From Paramoeba atlantica (taxonomy: Eukaryota > Protista > Discosea), in NCBI GenBank assembly GCA_977017575.1, contig CDRNVI010000063.1, forward strand, positions 248,001-312,000: a DNA stretch of 64,000 nt, in the 5' to 3' direction. The notes beneath the pieces were generated by a model. It was not told the origin of the DNA. It saw only the letters and a program-made list of their open reading frames with translations, and ran no database searches. Every line of letters starts with the position of its first letter. The stretch's first letter is position 1. The position numbers were made by a program, and so were the translations under genes. Below are positions 43,401 to 58,400 of this stretch, piece by piece.

Positions 43401-46400
43401 AGAAACTGTTCCCAACAGTGAAATTTTGGCGTCTACTTCATTTAGCACATCCTTTTGGTATCTATATTTTCTTCTTCGCTCGGCATGTAACTCGGACGCT
43501 ATGGAAAAAGATATTTTATTTATAAAAGGATTTTCTATAGACGCAAATAAGCAAAATTTCCTGTTGGAGTTTCTTGAATCACACTTATTCTGAAATATTT
43601 AAGAAACTACGACTTGAATTGAATATAAGCTTAGTACTAACGAACAGAACTGTATTACGTTATTGTGTTATTCTCAAAGTAGAAACTGTTCCCAACAGTG
43701 AAATTTTGGCGTCTACTTCATTTAGCACATCCTTTTGGTATCTATATTTTCTTCTTCGCTCGGCATGTAACTCAGACGCTATGGAAAAAGATATTTTATT
43801 TATAAAAGGATTTTCTATAGACGCAAATAAGCAAAATCTCCTTTTGGAGTTTCTTGAATCACACTTATTCTGAAATATTTAAGAAACTACGACTTGAATT
43901 GAATATAAGCTTAGTACTAACGAACAGAACTGTATTACGTTATTGTGTTATTCTCAAAGTAGAAACTGTTCCCAACAGTGAAATTTTGGCGTCTACTTCA
44001 TTTAGCACATCCTTTTGGTATCTATATTTTCTTCTTCGCTCGGCATGTAACTCGGACGCTATGGAAAAAGATATTTTATTTATAAAAGGATTTTCTATAG
44101 ACGCAAATAAGCAAAATTTCCTGTTGGAGTTTCTTGAATCACACTTATTCTGAAATATTTAAGAAACTACGACTTGAATTGAATATAAGCTTAGTACTAA
44201 CGAACAGAACTGTATTACGTTATTGTGTTATTCTCAAAGTAGAAACTGTTCCCAACAGTGAAATTTTGGCGTCTACCTCATTTAGCACATCCTTTTGGTA
44301 TCTATATTTTCTTCTTCGCTCGGCATGTAACTCGGACGCTATGGAAAAAGATATTTTATTTATAAAAGGATTTTCTATAGACGCAAATATGCAAAATTTC
44401 CTGTTGGAGTTTCTTGAATCATACTTATTCTGAAATATTTAAGAAACTACGACTTGAATTGAATATAAGCTTAGTACTAACGAACAGAACTGTATTACGT
44501 TATTGTGTTATTCTCAAAGTAGAAACTGTTCCCAACAGTGAAATTTTGGCGTCTACCTCATTTAGCACATCCTTTTGGTGTCTATATTTTCTTCTTCGCT
44601 CGGCATGTAACTCGGACGCTATGGAAAAAGATATTTTATTTATAAAAGGATTTTCTATAGACGCAAATATGCAAAATTTCCTGTTGGAGTTTCTTGAATC
44701 ATACTTATTCTGAAATATTTAAGAAACTACGACTTGAATTGAATATAAGCTTAGTACTAACGAACAGAACTGTATTACGTTATTGTGTTATTCTCAAAGT
44801 AGAAACTGTTCCCAACAGTGAAATTTTGGCGTCTACTTCATTTAGCACATCCTTTTGGTATCTATATTTTCTTCTTCGCTCGGCATGTAACTCAGACGCT
44901 ATGGAAAAAGATATTTTATTTATAAAAGGATTTTCTATAGACGCAAATAAGCAAAATCTCCTTTTGGAGTTTCTTGAATCACACTTATTCTGAAATATTT
45001 AAGAAACTACGACTTGAATTGAATATAAGCTTAGTACTAACGAACAGAACTGTATTACGTTATTGTGTTATTCTCAAAGTAGAAACTGTTCCCAACAGTG
45101 AAATTTTGGCGTCTACCTCATTTAGCACATCCTTTTGGTATCTATATTTTCTTCTTCGCTCGGCATGTAACTCGGACGCTATGGAAAAAGATATTTTATT
45201 TATAAAAGGATTTTCTATAGACGCAAATATGCAAAATTTCCTGTTGGAGTTTCTTGAATCATACTTATTCTGAAATATTTAAGAAACTACGACTTGAATT
45301 GAATATAAGCTTAGTACTAACGAACAGAACTGTATTACGTTATTGTGTTATTCTCAAAGTAGAAACTGTTCCCAACAGTGAAATTTTGGCGTCTACCTCA
45401 TTTAGCACATCCTTTTGGTATCTATATTTTCTTCTTCGCTCGGCATGTAACTCAGACGCTATGGAAAAAGATATTTTATTTATAAAAGGATTTTCTATAG
45501 ACGCAAATAAGCAAAATTTCCTGTTGGAGTTTCTTGAATCACACTTATTCTGAAATATTTAAGAAACTACGACTTGAATTGAATATAAGCTTAGTACTAA
45601 CGAACAGAACTGTATTACGTTATTGTGTTATTCTCAAAGTAGAAACTGTTCCCAACAGTGAAATTTTGGCGTCTACCTCATTTAGCACATCCTTTTGGTA
45701 TATATATTTTCTTCTTCGCTCGGCATGTAACTCGGACGCTATGGAAAAAGATATTTTATTTATAAAAGGATTTTCTATAGACGCAAATATGCAAAATTTC
45801 CTGTTGGAGTTTCTTGAATCATACTTATTCTGAAATATTTAAGAAACTACGACTTGAATTGAATATAAGCTTAGTACTAACGAACAGAACTGTATTACGT
45901 TATTGTGTTATTCTCAAAGTAGAAACTGTTCCCAACAGTGAAATTTTGGCGTCTACTTCATTTAGCACATCCTTTTGGTATCTATATTTTCTTCTTCGCT
46001 CGGCATGTAACTCAGACGCTATGGAAAAAGATATTTTATTTATAAAAGGATTTTCTATAGACGCAAATAAGCAAAATCTCCTTTTGGAGTTTCTTGAATC
46101 ACACTTATTCTGAAATATTTAAGAAACTACGACTTGAATTGAATATAAGCTTAGTACTAACGAACAGAACTGTATTACGTTATTGTGTTATTCTCAAAGT
46201 AGAAACTGTTCCCAACAGTGAAATTTTGGCGTCTACTTCATTTAGCACATCCTTTTGGTATCTATATTTTCTTCTTCGCTCGGCATGTAACTCGGACGCT
46301 ATGGAAAAAGATATTTTATTTATAAAAGGATTTTCTATAGACGCAAATAAGCAAAATTTCCTGTTGGAGTTTCTTGAATCACACTTATTCTGAAATATTT

Positions 46401-49400
46401 AAGAAACTACGACTTGAATTGAATATAAGCTTAGTACTAACGAACAGAACTGTATTACGTTATTGTGTTATTCTCAAAGTAGAAACTGTTCCCAACAGTG
46501 AAATTTTGGCGTCTACCTCATTTAGCACATCCTTTTGGTATCTATATTTTCTTCTTCGCTCGGCATGTAACTCGGACGCTATGGAAAAAGATATTTTATT
46601 TATAAAAGGATTTTCTATAGACGCAAATATGCAAAATTTCCTGTTGGAGTTTCTTGAATCATACTTATTCTGAAATATTTAAGAAACTACGACTTGAATT
46701 GAATATAAGCTTAGTACTAACGAACAGAACTGTATTACGTTATTGTGTTATTCTCAAAGTAGAAACTGTTCCCAACAGTGAAATTTTGGCGTCTACCTCA
46801 TTTAGCACATCCTTTTGGTGTCTATATTTTCTTCTTCGCTCGGCATGTAACTCGGACGCTATGGAAAAAGATATTTTATTTATAAAAGGATTTTCTATAG
46901 ACGCAAATATGCAAAATTTCCTGTTGGAGTTTCTTGAATCATACTTATTCTGAAATATTTAAGAAACTACGACTTGAATTGAATATAAGCTTAGTACTAA
47001 CGAACAGAACTGTATTACGTTATTGTGTTATTCTCAAAGTAGAAACTGTTCCCAACAGTGAAATTTTGGCGTCTACTTCATTTAGCACATCCTTTTGGTA
47101 TCTATATTTTCTTCTTCGCTCGGCATGTAACTCAGACGCTATGGAAAAAGATATTTTATTTATAAAAGGATTTTCTATAGACGCAAATAAGCAAAATCTC
47201 CTTTTGGAGTTTCTTGAATCACACTTATTCTGAAATATTTAAGAAACTACGACTTGAATTGAATATAAGCTTAGTACTAACGAACAGAACTGTATTACGT
47301 TATTGTGTTATTCTCAAAGTAGAAACTGTTCCCAACAGTGAAATTTTGGCGTCTACCTCATTTAGCACATCCTTTTGGTATCTATATTTTCTTCTTCGCT
47401 CGGCATGTAACTCGGACGCTATGGAAAAAGATATTTTATTTATAAAAGGATTTTCTATAGACGCAAATATGCAAAATTTCCTGTTGGAGTTTCTTGAATC
47501 ATACTTATTCTGAAATATTTAAGAAACTACGACTTGAATTGAATATAAGCTTAGTACTAACGAACAGAACTGTATTACGTTATTGTGTTATTCTCAAAGT
47601 AGAAACTGTTCCCAACAGCGAAATTTTGGCGTCTACTTCATTTAGCACATCCTTTTGGTATCTATATTTTCTTCTTCGCTCGGCATGTAACTCGGACGCT
47701 ATGGAAAAAGATATTTTATTTATAAAAGGATTTTCTATAGACGCAAATAAGCAAAATCTCCTTTTGGAGTTTCTTGAATCACACTTGTTCTGAAATATTT
47801 AAGAAACTACGACTTGAATTGAATATAAGCTTAGTACTAACGAACAGAACTGTATTACGTTATTGTGTTATTCTCAAAGTAGAAACTGTTCCCAACAGTG
47901 AAATTTTGGCGTCTACCTCATTTAGCACATCCTTTTGGTATCTATATTTTCTTCTTCGCTCGGCATGTAACTCGGACGCTATGGAAAAAGATATTTTATT
48001 TATAAAAGGATTTTCTATAGACGCAAATATGCAAAATTTCCTGTTGGAGTTTCTTGAATCATACTTATTCTGAAATATTTAAGAAACTAGGACTTGAATT
48101 GAATATAAGCTTAGTACTAACGAACAGAACTGTATTACGTTATTGTGTTATTCTCAAAGTAGAAACTGTTCCCAACAGTGAAATTTTGGCGTCTACCTCA
48201 TTTAGCACATCCTTTTGGTATCTATATTTTCTTCTTCGCTCGGCATGTAACTCGGACGCTATGGAAAAAGATATTTTATTTATAAAAGGATTTTCTATAG
48301 ACGCAAATATGCAAAATTTCCTGTTGGAGTTTCTTGAATCATACTTATTCTGAAATATTTAAGAAACTAGGACTTGAATTGAATATAAGCTTAGTACTAA
48401 CGAACAGAACTGTATTACGTTATTGTGTTATTCTCAAAGTAGAAACTGTTCCCAACAGTGAAATTTTGGCGTCTACCTCATTTAGCACATCCTTTTGGTA
48501 TCTATATTTTCTTCTTCGCTCGGCATGTAACTCGGACGCTATGGAAAAAGATATTTTATTTATAAAAGGATTTTCTATAGACGCAAATATGCAAAATTTC
48601 CTGTTGGAGTTTCTTGAATCATACTTATTCTGAAACATTTAAGAAACTACGACTTGAATTGAATATAAGCTTAGTACTAACGAACAGAACTGTATTACGT
48701 TATTGTGTTATTCTCAAAGTAGAAACTGTTCCCAACAGTGAAATTTTGGCGTCTACCTCATTTAGCACATCCTTTTGGTATCTATATTTTCTTCTTCGCT
48801 CGGCATGTAACTCGGACGCTATGGAAAAAGATATTTTATTTATAAAAGGATTTTCTATAGACGCAAATATGCAAAATTTCCTGTTGGAGTTTCTTGAATC
48901 ATACTTATTCTGAAATATTTAAGAAACTACGACTTGAATTGAATATAAGCTTAGTACTAACGAACAGAACTGTATTACGTTATTGTGTTATTCTCAAAGT
49001 AGAAACTGTTCCCAACAGTGAAATTTTGGCGTCTACCTCATTTAGCACATCCTTTTGGTATCTATATTTTCTTCTTCGCTCGGCATGTAACTCGGACGCT
49101 ATGGAAAAAGATATTTTATTTATAAAAGGATTTTCTATAGACGCAAATATGCAAAATTTCCTGTTGGAGTTTCTTGAATCATACTTATTCTGAAATATTT
49201 AAGAAACTACGACTTGAATTGAATATAAGCTTAGTACTAACGAACAGAACTGTATTACGTTATTGTGTTATTCTCAAAGTAGAAACTGTTCCCAACAGTG
49301 AAATTTTGGCGTCTACCTCATTTAGCACATCCTTTTGGTATCTATATTTTCTTCTTCGCTCGGCATGTAACTCAGACGCTATGGAAAAAGATATTTTATT

Positions 49401-52400
49401 TATAAAAGGATTTTCTATAGACGCAAATAAGCAAAATTTCCTGTTGGAGTTTCTTGAATCACACTTATTCTGAAATATTTAAGAAACTACGACTTGAATT
49501 GAATATAAGCTTAGTACTAACGAACAGAACTGTATTACGTTATTGTGTTATTCTCAAAGTAGAAACTGTTCCCAACAGTGAAATTTTGGCGTCTACCTCA
49601 TTTAGCACATCCTTTTGGTGTCTATATTTTCTTCTTCGCTCGGCATGTAACTCGGACGCTATGGAAAAAGATATTTTATTTATAAAAGGATTTTCTATAG
49701 ACGCAAATATGCAAAATTTCCTGTTGGAGTTTCTTGAATCATACTTATTCTGAAATATTTAAGAAACTACGACTTGAATTGAATATAAGCTTAGTACTAA
49801 CGAACAGAACTGTATTACGTTATTGTGTTATTCTCAAAGTAGAAACTGTTCCCAACAGTGAAATTTTGGCGTCTACTTCATTTAGCACATCCTTTTGGTA
49901 TCTATATTTTCTTCTTCGCTCGGCATGTAACTCAGACGCTATGGAAAAAGATATTTTATTTATAAAAGGATTTTCTATAGACGCAAATAAGCAAAATCTC
50001 CTTTTGGAGTTTCTTGAATCACACTTATTCTGAAATATTTAAGAAACTACGACTTGAATTGAATATAAGCTTAGTACTAACGAACAGAACTGTATTACGT
50101 TATTGTGTTATTCTCAAAGTAGAAACTGTTCCCAACAGTGAAATTTTGGCGTCTACTTCATTTAGCACATCCTTTTGGTATCTATATTTTCTTCTTCGCT
50201 CGGCATGTAACTCGGACGCTATGGAAAAAGATATTTTATTTATAAAAGGATTTTCTATAGACGCAAATAAGCAAAATTTCCTGTTGGAGTTTCTTGAATC
50301 ACACTTATTCTGAAATATTTAAGAAACTACGACTTGAATTGAATATAAGCTTAGTACTAACGAACAGAACTGTATTACGTTATTGTGTTATTCTCAAAGT
50401 AGAAACTGTTCCCAACAGTGAAATTTTGGCGTCTACCTCATTTAGCACATCCTTTTGGTATCTATATTTTCTTCTTCGCTCGGCATGTAACTCGGACGCT
50501 ATGGAAAAAGATATTTTATTTATAAAAGGATTTTCTATAGACGCAAATATGCAAAATTTCCTGTTGGAGTTTCTTGAATCATACTTATTCTGAAATATTT
50601 AAGAAACTACGACTTGAATTGAATATAAGCTTAGTACTAACGAACAGAACTGTATTACGTTATTGTGTTATTCTCAAAGTAGAAACTGTTCCCAACAGTG
50701 AAATTTTGGCGTCTACCTCATTTAGCACATCCTTTTGGTGTCTATATTTTCTTCTTCGCTCGGCATGTAACTCGGACGCTATGGAAAAAGATATTTTATT
50801 TATAAAAGGATTTTCTATAGACGCAAATATGCAAAATTTCCTGTTGGAGTTTCTTGAATCATACTTATTCTGAAATATTTAAGAAACTACGACTTGAATT
50901 GAATATAAGCTTAGTACTAACGAACAGAACTGTATTACGTTATTGTGTTATTCTCAAAGTAGAAACTGTTCCCAACAGTGAAATTTTGGCGTCTACTTCA
51001 TTTAGCACATCCTTTTGGTATCTATATTTTCTTCTTCGCTCGGCATGTAACTCAGACGCTATGGAAAAAGATATTTTATTTATAAAAGGATTTTCTATAG
51101 ACGCAAATAAGCAAAATCTCCTTTTGGAGTTTCTTGAATCACACTTATTCTGAAATATTTAAGAAACTACGACTTGAATTGAATATAAGCTTAGTACTAA
51201 CGAACAGAACTGTATTACGTTATTGTGTTATTCTCAAAGTAGAAACTGTTCCCAACAGTGAAATTTTGGCGTCTACCTCATTTAGCACATCCTTTTGGTA
51301 TCTATATTTTCTTCTTCGCTCGGCATGTAACTCGGACGCTATGGAAAAAGATATTTTATTTATAAAAGGATTTTCTATAGACGCAAATATGCAAAATTTC
51401 CTGTTGGAGTTTCTTGAATCATACTTATTCTGAAATATTTAAGAAACTACGACTTGAATTGAATATAAGCTTAGTACTAACGAACAGAACTGTATTACGT
51501 TATTGTGTTATTCTCAAAGTAGAAACTGTTCCCAACAGTGAAATTTTGGCGTCTACCTCATTTAGCACATCCTTTTGGTATCTATATTTTCTTCTTCGCT
51601 CGGCATGTAACTCAGACGCTATGGAAAAAGATATTTTATTTATAAAAGGATTTTCTATAGACGCAAATAAGCAAAATTTCCTGTTGGAGTTTCTTGAATC
51701 ACACTTATTCTGAAATATTTAAGAAACTACGACTTGAATTGAATATAAGCTTAGTACTAACGAACAGAACTGTATTACGTTATTGTGTTATTCTCAAAGT
51801 AGAAACTGTTCCCAACAGTGAAATTTTAGCGTCTACCTCATTTAGCACATCCTTTTGGTGTCTATATTTTCTTCTTCGCTCGGCATGTAACTCGGACGCT
51901 ATGGAAAAAGATATTTTATTTATAAAAGGATTTTCTATAGACGCAAATATGCAAAATTTCCTGTTGGAGTTTCTTGAATCATACTTATTCTGAAATATTT
52001 AAGAAACTACGACTTGAATTGAATATAAGCTTAGTACTAACGAACAGAACTGTATTACGTTATTGTGTTATTCTCAAAGTAGAAACTGTTCCCAACAGTG
52101 AAATTTTGGCGTCTACTTCATTTAGCACATCCTTTTGGTATCTATATTTTCTTCTTCGCTCGGCATGTAACTCAGACGCTATGGAAAAAGATATTTTATT
52201 TATAAAAGGATTTTCTATAGACGCAAATAAGCAAAATCTCCTTTTGGAGTTTCTTGAATCACACTTATTCTGAAATATTTAAGAAACTACGACTTGAATT
52301 GAATATAAGCTTAGTACTAACGAACAGAACTGTATTACGTTATTGTGTTATTCTCAAAGTAGAAACTGTTCCCAACAGTGAAATTTTGGCGTCTACTTCA

Positions 52401-55400
52401 TTTAGCACATCCTTTTGGTATCTATATTTTCTTCTTCGCTCGGCATGTAACTCGGACGCTATGGAAAAAGATATTTTATTTATAAAAGGATTTTCTATAG
52501 ACGCAAATATGCAAAATTTCCTGTTGGAGTTTCTTGAATCATACTTATTCTGAAATATTTAAGAAACTACGACTTGAATTGAATATAAGCTTAGTACTAA
52601 CGAACAGAACTGTATTACGTTATTGTGTTATTCTCAAAGTAGAAACTGTTCCCAACAGTGAAATTTTGGCGTCTACCTCATTTAGCACATCCTTTTGGTA
52701 TCTATATTTTCTTCTTCGCTCGGCATGTAACTCGGACGCTATGGAAAAAGATATTTTATTTATAAAAGGATTTTCTATAGACGCAAATATGCAAAATTTC
52801 CTGTTGGAGTTTCTTGAATCATACTTATTCTGAAATATTTAAGAAACTACGACTTGAATTGAATATAAGCTTAGTACTAACGAACAGAACTGTATTACGT
52901 TATTGTGTTATTCTCAAAGTAGAAACTGTTCCCAACAGTGAAATTTTGGCGTCTACCTCATTTAGCACATCCTTTTGGTGTCTATATTTTCTTCTTCGCT
53001 CGGCATGTAACTCGGACGCTATGGAAAAAGATATTTTATTTATAAAAGGATTTTCTATAGACGCAAATATGCAAAATTTCCTGTTGGAGTTTCTTGAATC
53101 ATACTTATTCTGAAATATTTAAGAAACTACGACTTGAATTGAATATAAGCTTAGTACTAACGAACAGAACTGTATTACGTTATTGTGTTATTCTCAAAGT
53201 AGAAACTGTTCCCAACAGTGAAATTTTGGCGTCTACTTCATTTAGCACATCCTTTTGGTATCTATATTTTCTTCTTCGCTCGGCATGTAACTCGGACGCT
53301 ATGGAAAAAGATATTTTATTTATAAAAGGATTTTCTATAGACGCAAATAAGCAAAATCTCCTTTTGGAGTTTCTTGAATCACACTTATTCTGAAATATTT
53401 AAGAAACTACGACTTGAATTGAATATAAGCTTAGTACTAACGAACAGAACTGTATTACGTTATTGTGTTATTCTCAAAGTAGAAACTGTTCCCAACAGTG
53501 AAATTTTGGCGTCTACCTCATTTAGCACATCCTTTTGGTATCTATATTTTCTTCTTCGCTCGGCATGTAACTCGGACGCTATGGAAAAAGATATTTTATT
53601 TATAAAAGGATTTTCTATAGACGCAAATATGCAAAATTTCCTGTTGGAGTTTCTTGAATCATACTTATTCTGAAATATTTAAGAAACTACGACTTGAATT
53701 GAATATAAGCTTAGTACTAACGAACAGAACTGTATTACGTTATTGTGTTATTCTCAAAGTAGAAACTGTTCCCAACAGTGAAATTTTGGCGTCTACCTCA
53801 TTTAGCACATCCTTTTGGTATCTATATTTTCTTCTTCGCTCGGCATGTAACTCGGACGCTATGGAAAAAGATATTTTATTTATAAAAGGATTTTCTATAG
53901 ACGCAAATAAGCAAAATCTCCTTTTGGAGTTTCTTGAATCACACTTGTTCTGAAATATTTAAGAAACTACGACTTGAATTGAATATAAGCTTAGTACTAA
54001 CGAACAGAACTGTATTACGTTATTGTGTTATTCTCAAAGTAGAAACTGTTCCCAACAGTGAAATTTTGGCGTCTACCTCATTTAGCACATCCTTTTGGTA
54101 TCTATATTTTCTTCTTCGCTCGGCATGTAACTCGGACGCTATGGAAAAAGATATTTTATTTATAAAAGGATTTTCTATAGACGCAAATATGCAAAATTTC
54201 CTGTTGGAGTTTCTTGAATCATACTTATTCTGAAATATTTAAGAAACTAGGACTTGAATTGAATATAAGCTTAGTACTAACGAACAGAACTGTATTACGT
54301 TATTGTGTTATTCTCAAAGTAGAAACTGTTCCCAACAGTGAAATTTTGGCGTCTACCTCATTTAGCACATCCTTTTGGTATCTATATTTTCTTCTTCGCT
54401 CGGCATGTAACTCGGACGCTATGGAAAAAGATATTTTATTTATAAAAGGATTTTCTATAGACGCAAATATGCAAAATTTCCTGTTGGAGTTTCTTGAATC
54501 ATACTTATTCTGAAATATTTAAGAAACTAGGACTTGAATTGAATATAAGCTTAGTACTAACGAACAGAACTGTATTACGTTATTGTGTTATTCTCAAAGT
54601 AGAAACTGTTCCCAACAGTGAAATTTTGGCGTCTACCTCATTTAGCACATCCTTTTGGTATCTATATTTTCTTCTTCGCTCGGCATGTAACTCGGACGCT
54701 ATGGAAAAAGATATTTTATTTATAAAAGGATTTTCTATAGACGCAAATATGCAAAATTTCCTGTTGGAGTTTCTTGAATCATACTTATTCTGAAACATTT
54801 AAGAAACTACGACTTGAATTGAATATAAGCTTAGTACTAACGAACAGAACTGTATTACGTTATTGTGTTATTCTCAAAGTAGAAACTGTTCCCAACAGTG
54901 AAATTTTGGCGTCTACCTCATTTAGCACATCCTTTTGGTATCTATATTTTCTTCTTCGCTCGGCATGTAACTCGGACGCTATGGAAAAAGATATTTTATT
55001 TATAAAAGGATTTTCTATAGACGCAAATATGCAAAATTTCCTGTTGGAGTTTCTTGAATCATACTTATTCTGAAATATTTAAGAAACTACGACTTGAATT
55101 GAATATAAGCTTAGTACTAACGAACAGAACTGTATTACGTTATTGTGTTATTCTCAAAGTAGAAACTGTTCCCAACAGTGAAATTTTGGCGTCTACCTCA
55201 TTTAGCACATCCTTTTGGTATCTATATTTTCTTCTTCGCTCGGCATGTAACTCGGACGCTATGGAAAAAGATATTTTATTTATAAAAGGATTTTCTATAG
55301 ACGCAAATATGCAAAATTTCCTGTTGGAGTTTCTTGAATCATACTTATTCTGAAATATTTAAGAAACTACGACTTGAATTGAATATAAGCTTAGTACTAA

Positions 55401-58400
55401 CGAACAGAACTGTATTACGTTATTGTGTTATTCTCAAAGTAGAAACTGTTCCCAACAGTGAAATTTTGGCGTCTACCTCATTTAGCACATCCTTTTGGTA
55501 TCTATATTTTCTTCTTCGCTCGGCATGTAACTCAGACGCTATGGAAAAAGATATTTTATTTATAAAAGGATTTTCTATAGACGCAAATAAGCAAAATTTC
55601 CTGTTGGAGTTTCTTGAATCATACTTATTCTGAAATATTTAAGAAACTACGACTTGAATTGAATATAAGCTTAGTACTAACGAACAGAACTGTATTACGT
55701 TATTGTGTTATTCTCAAAGTAGAAACTGTTCCCAACAGTGAAATTTTGGCGTCTACTTCATTTAGCACATCCTTTTGGTATCTATATTTTCTTCTTCGCT
55801 CGGCATGTAACTCAGACGCTATGGAAAAAGATATTTTATTTATAAAAGGATTTTCTATAGACGCAAATAAGCAAAATCTCCTTTTGGAGTTTCTTGAATC
55901 ACACTTATTCTGAAATATTTAAGAAACTACGACTTGAATTGAATATAAGCTTAGTACTAACGAACAGAACTGTATTACGTTATTGTGTTATTCTCAAAGT
56001 AGAAACTGTTCCCAACAGTGAAATTTTGGCGTCTACCTCATTTAGCACATCCTTTTGGTATCTATATTTTCTTCTTCGCTCGGCATGTAACTCGGACGCT
56101 ATGGAAAAAGATATTTTATTTATAAAAGGATTTTCTATAGACGCAAATATGCAAAATTTCCTGTTGGAGTTTCTTGAATCATACTTATTCTGAAATATTT
56201 AAGAAACTACGACTTGAATTGAATATAAGCTTAGTACTAACGAACAGAACTGTATTACGTTATTGTGTTATTCTCAAAGTAGAAACTGTTCCCAACAGTG
56301 AAATTTTGGCGTCTACTTCATTTAGCACATCCTTTTGGTATCTATATTTTCTTCTTCGCTCGGCATGTAACTCAGACGCTATGGAAAAAGATATTTTATT
56401 TATAAAAGGATTTTCTATAGACGCAAATAAGCAAAATCTCCTTTTGGAGTTTCTTGAATCACACTTATTCTGAAATATTTAAGAAACTACGACTTGAATT
56501 GAATATAAGCTTAGTACTAACGAACAGAACTGTATTACGTTATTGTGTTATTCTCAAAGTAGAAACTGTTCCCAACAGTGAAATTTTGGCGTCTACCTCA
56601 TTTAGCACATCCTTTTGGTATCTATATTTTCTTCTTCGCTCGGCATGTAACTCGGACGCTATGGAAAAAGATATTTTATTTATAAAAGGATTTTCTATAG
56701 ACGCAAATATGCAAAATTTCCTGTTGGAGTTTCTTGAATCATACTTATTCTGAAATATTTAAGAAACTACGACTTGAATTGAATATAAGCTTAGTACTAA
56801 CGAACAGAACTGTATTACGTTATTGTGTTATTCTCAAAGTAGAAACTGTTCCCAACAGTGAAATTTTGGCGTCTACCTCATTTAGCACATCCTTTTGGTA
56901 TCTATATTTTCTTCTTCGCTCGGCATGTAACTCAGACGCTATGGAAAAAGATATTTTATTTATAAAAGGATTTTCTATAGACGCAAATAAGCAAAATTTC
57001 CTGTTGGAGTTTCTTGAATCACACTTATTCTGAAATATTTAAGAAACTACGACTTGAATTGAATATAAGCTTAGTACTAACGAACAGAACTGTATTACGT
57101 TATTGTGTTATTCTCAAAGTAGAAACTGTTCCCAACAGTGAAATTTTGGCGTCTACCTCATTTAGCACATCCTTTTGGTATCTATATTTTCTTCTTCGCT
57201 CGGCATGTAACTCGGACGCTATGGAAAAAGATATTTTATTTATAAAAGGATTTTCTATAGACGCAAATATGCAAAATTTCCTGTTGGAGTTTCTTGAATC
57301 ATACTTATTCTGAAATATTTAAGAAACTACGACTTGAATTGAATATAAGCTTAGTACTAACGAACAGAACTGTATTACGTTATTGTGTTATTCTCAAAGT
57401 AGAAACTGTTCCCAACAGTGAAATTTTGGCGTCTACCTCATTTAGCACATCCTTTTGGTATCTATATTTTCTTCTTCGCTCGGCATGTAACTCAGACGCT
57501 ATGGAAAAAGATATTTTATTTATAAAAGGATTTTCTATAGACGCAAATAAGCAAAATTTCCTGTTGGAGTTTCTTGAATCACACTTATTCTGAAATATTT
57601 AAGAAACTACGACTTGAATTGAATATAAGCTTAGTACTAACGAACAGAACTGTATTACGTTATTGTGTTATTCTCAAAGTAGAAACTGTTCCCAACAGTG
57701 AAATTTTGGCGTCTACCTCATTTAGCACATCCTTTTGGTATCTATATTTTCTTCTTCGCTCGGCATGTGACTCGGACGCTATGGAAAAAGATATTTTATT
57801 TATAAAAGGATTTTCTATAGACGCAAATATGCAAAATTTCCTGTTGGAGTTTCTTGAATCATACTTATTCTGAAATATTTAAGAAACTACGACTTGAATT
57901 GAATATAAGCTTAGTACTAACGAACAGAACTGTATTACGTTATTGTGTTATTCTCAAAGTAGAAACTGTTCCCAACAGTGAAATTTTGGCGTCTACCTCA
58001 TTTAGCACATCCTTTTGGTGTCTATATTTTCTTCTTCGCTCGGCATGTAACTCGGACGCTATGGAAAAAGATATTTTATTTATAAAAGGATTTTCTATAG
58101 ACGCAAATATGCAAAATTTCCTGTTGGAGTTTCTTGAATCATACTTATTCTGAAATATTTAAGAAACTACGACTTGAATTGAATATAAGCTTAGTACTAA
58201 CGAACAGAACTGTATTACGTTATTGTGTTATTCTCAAAGTAGAAACTGTTCCCAACAGTGAAATTTTGGCGTCTACCTCATTTAGCACATCCTTTTGGTA
58301 TCTATATTTTCTTCTTCGCTCGGCATGTAACTCGGACGCTATGGAAAAAGATATTTTATTTATAAAAGGATTTTCTATAGACGCAAATATGCAAAATTTC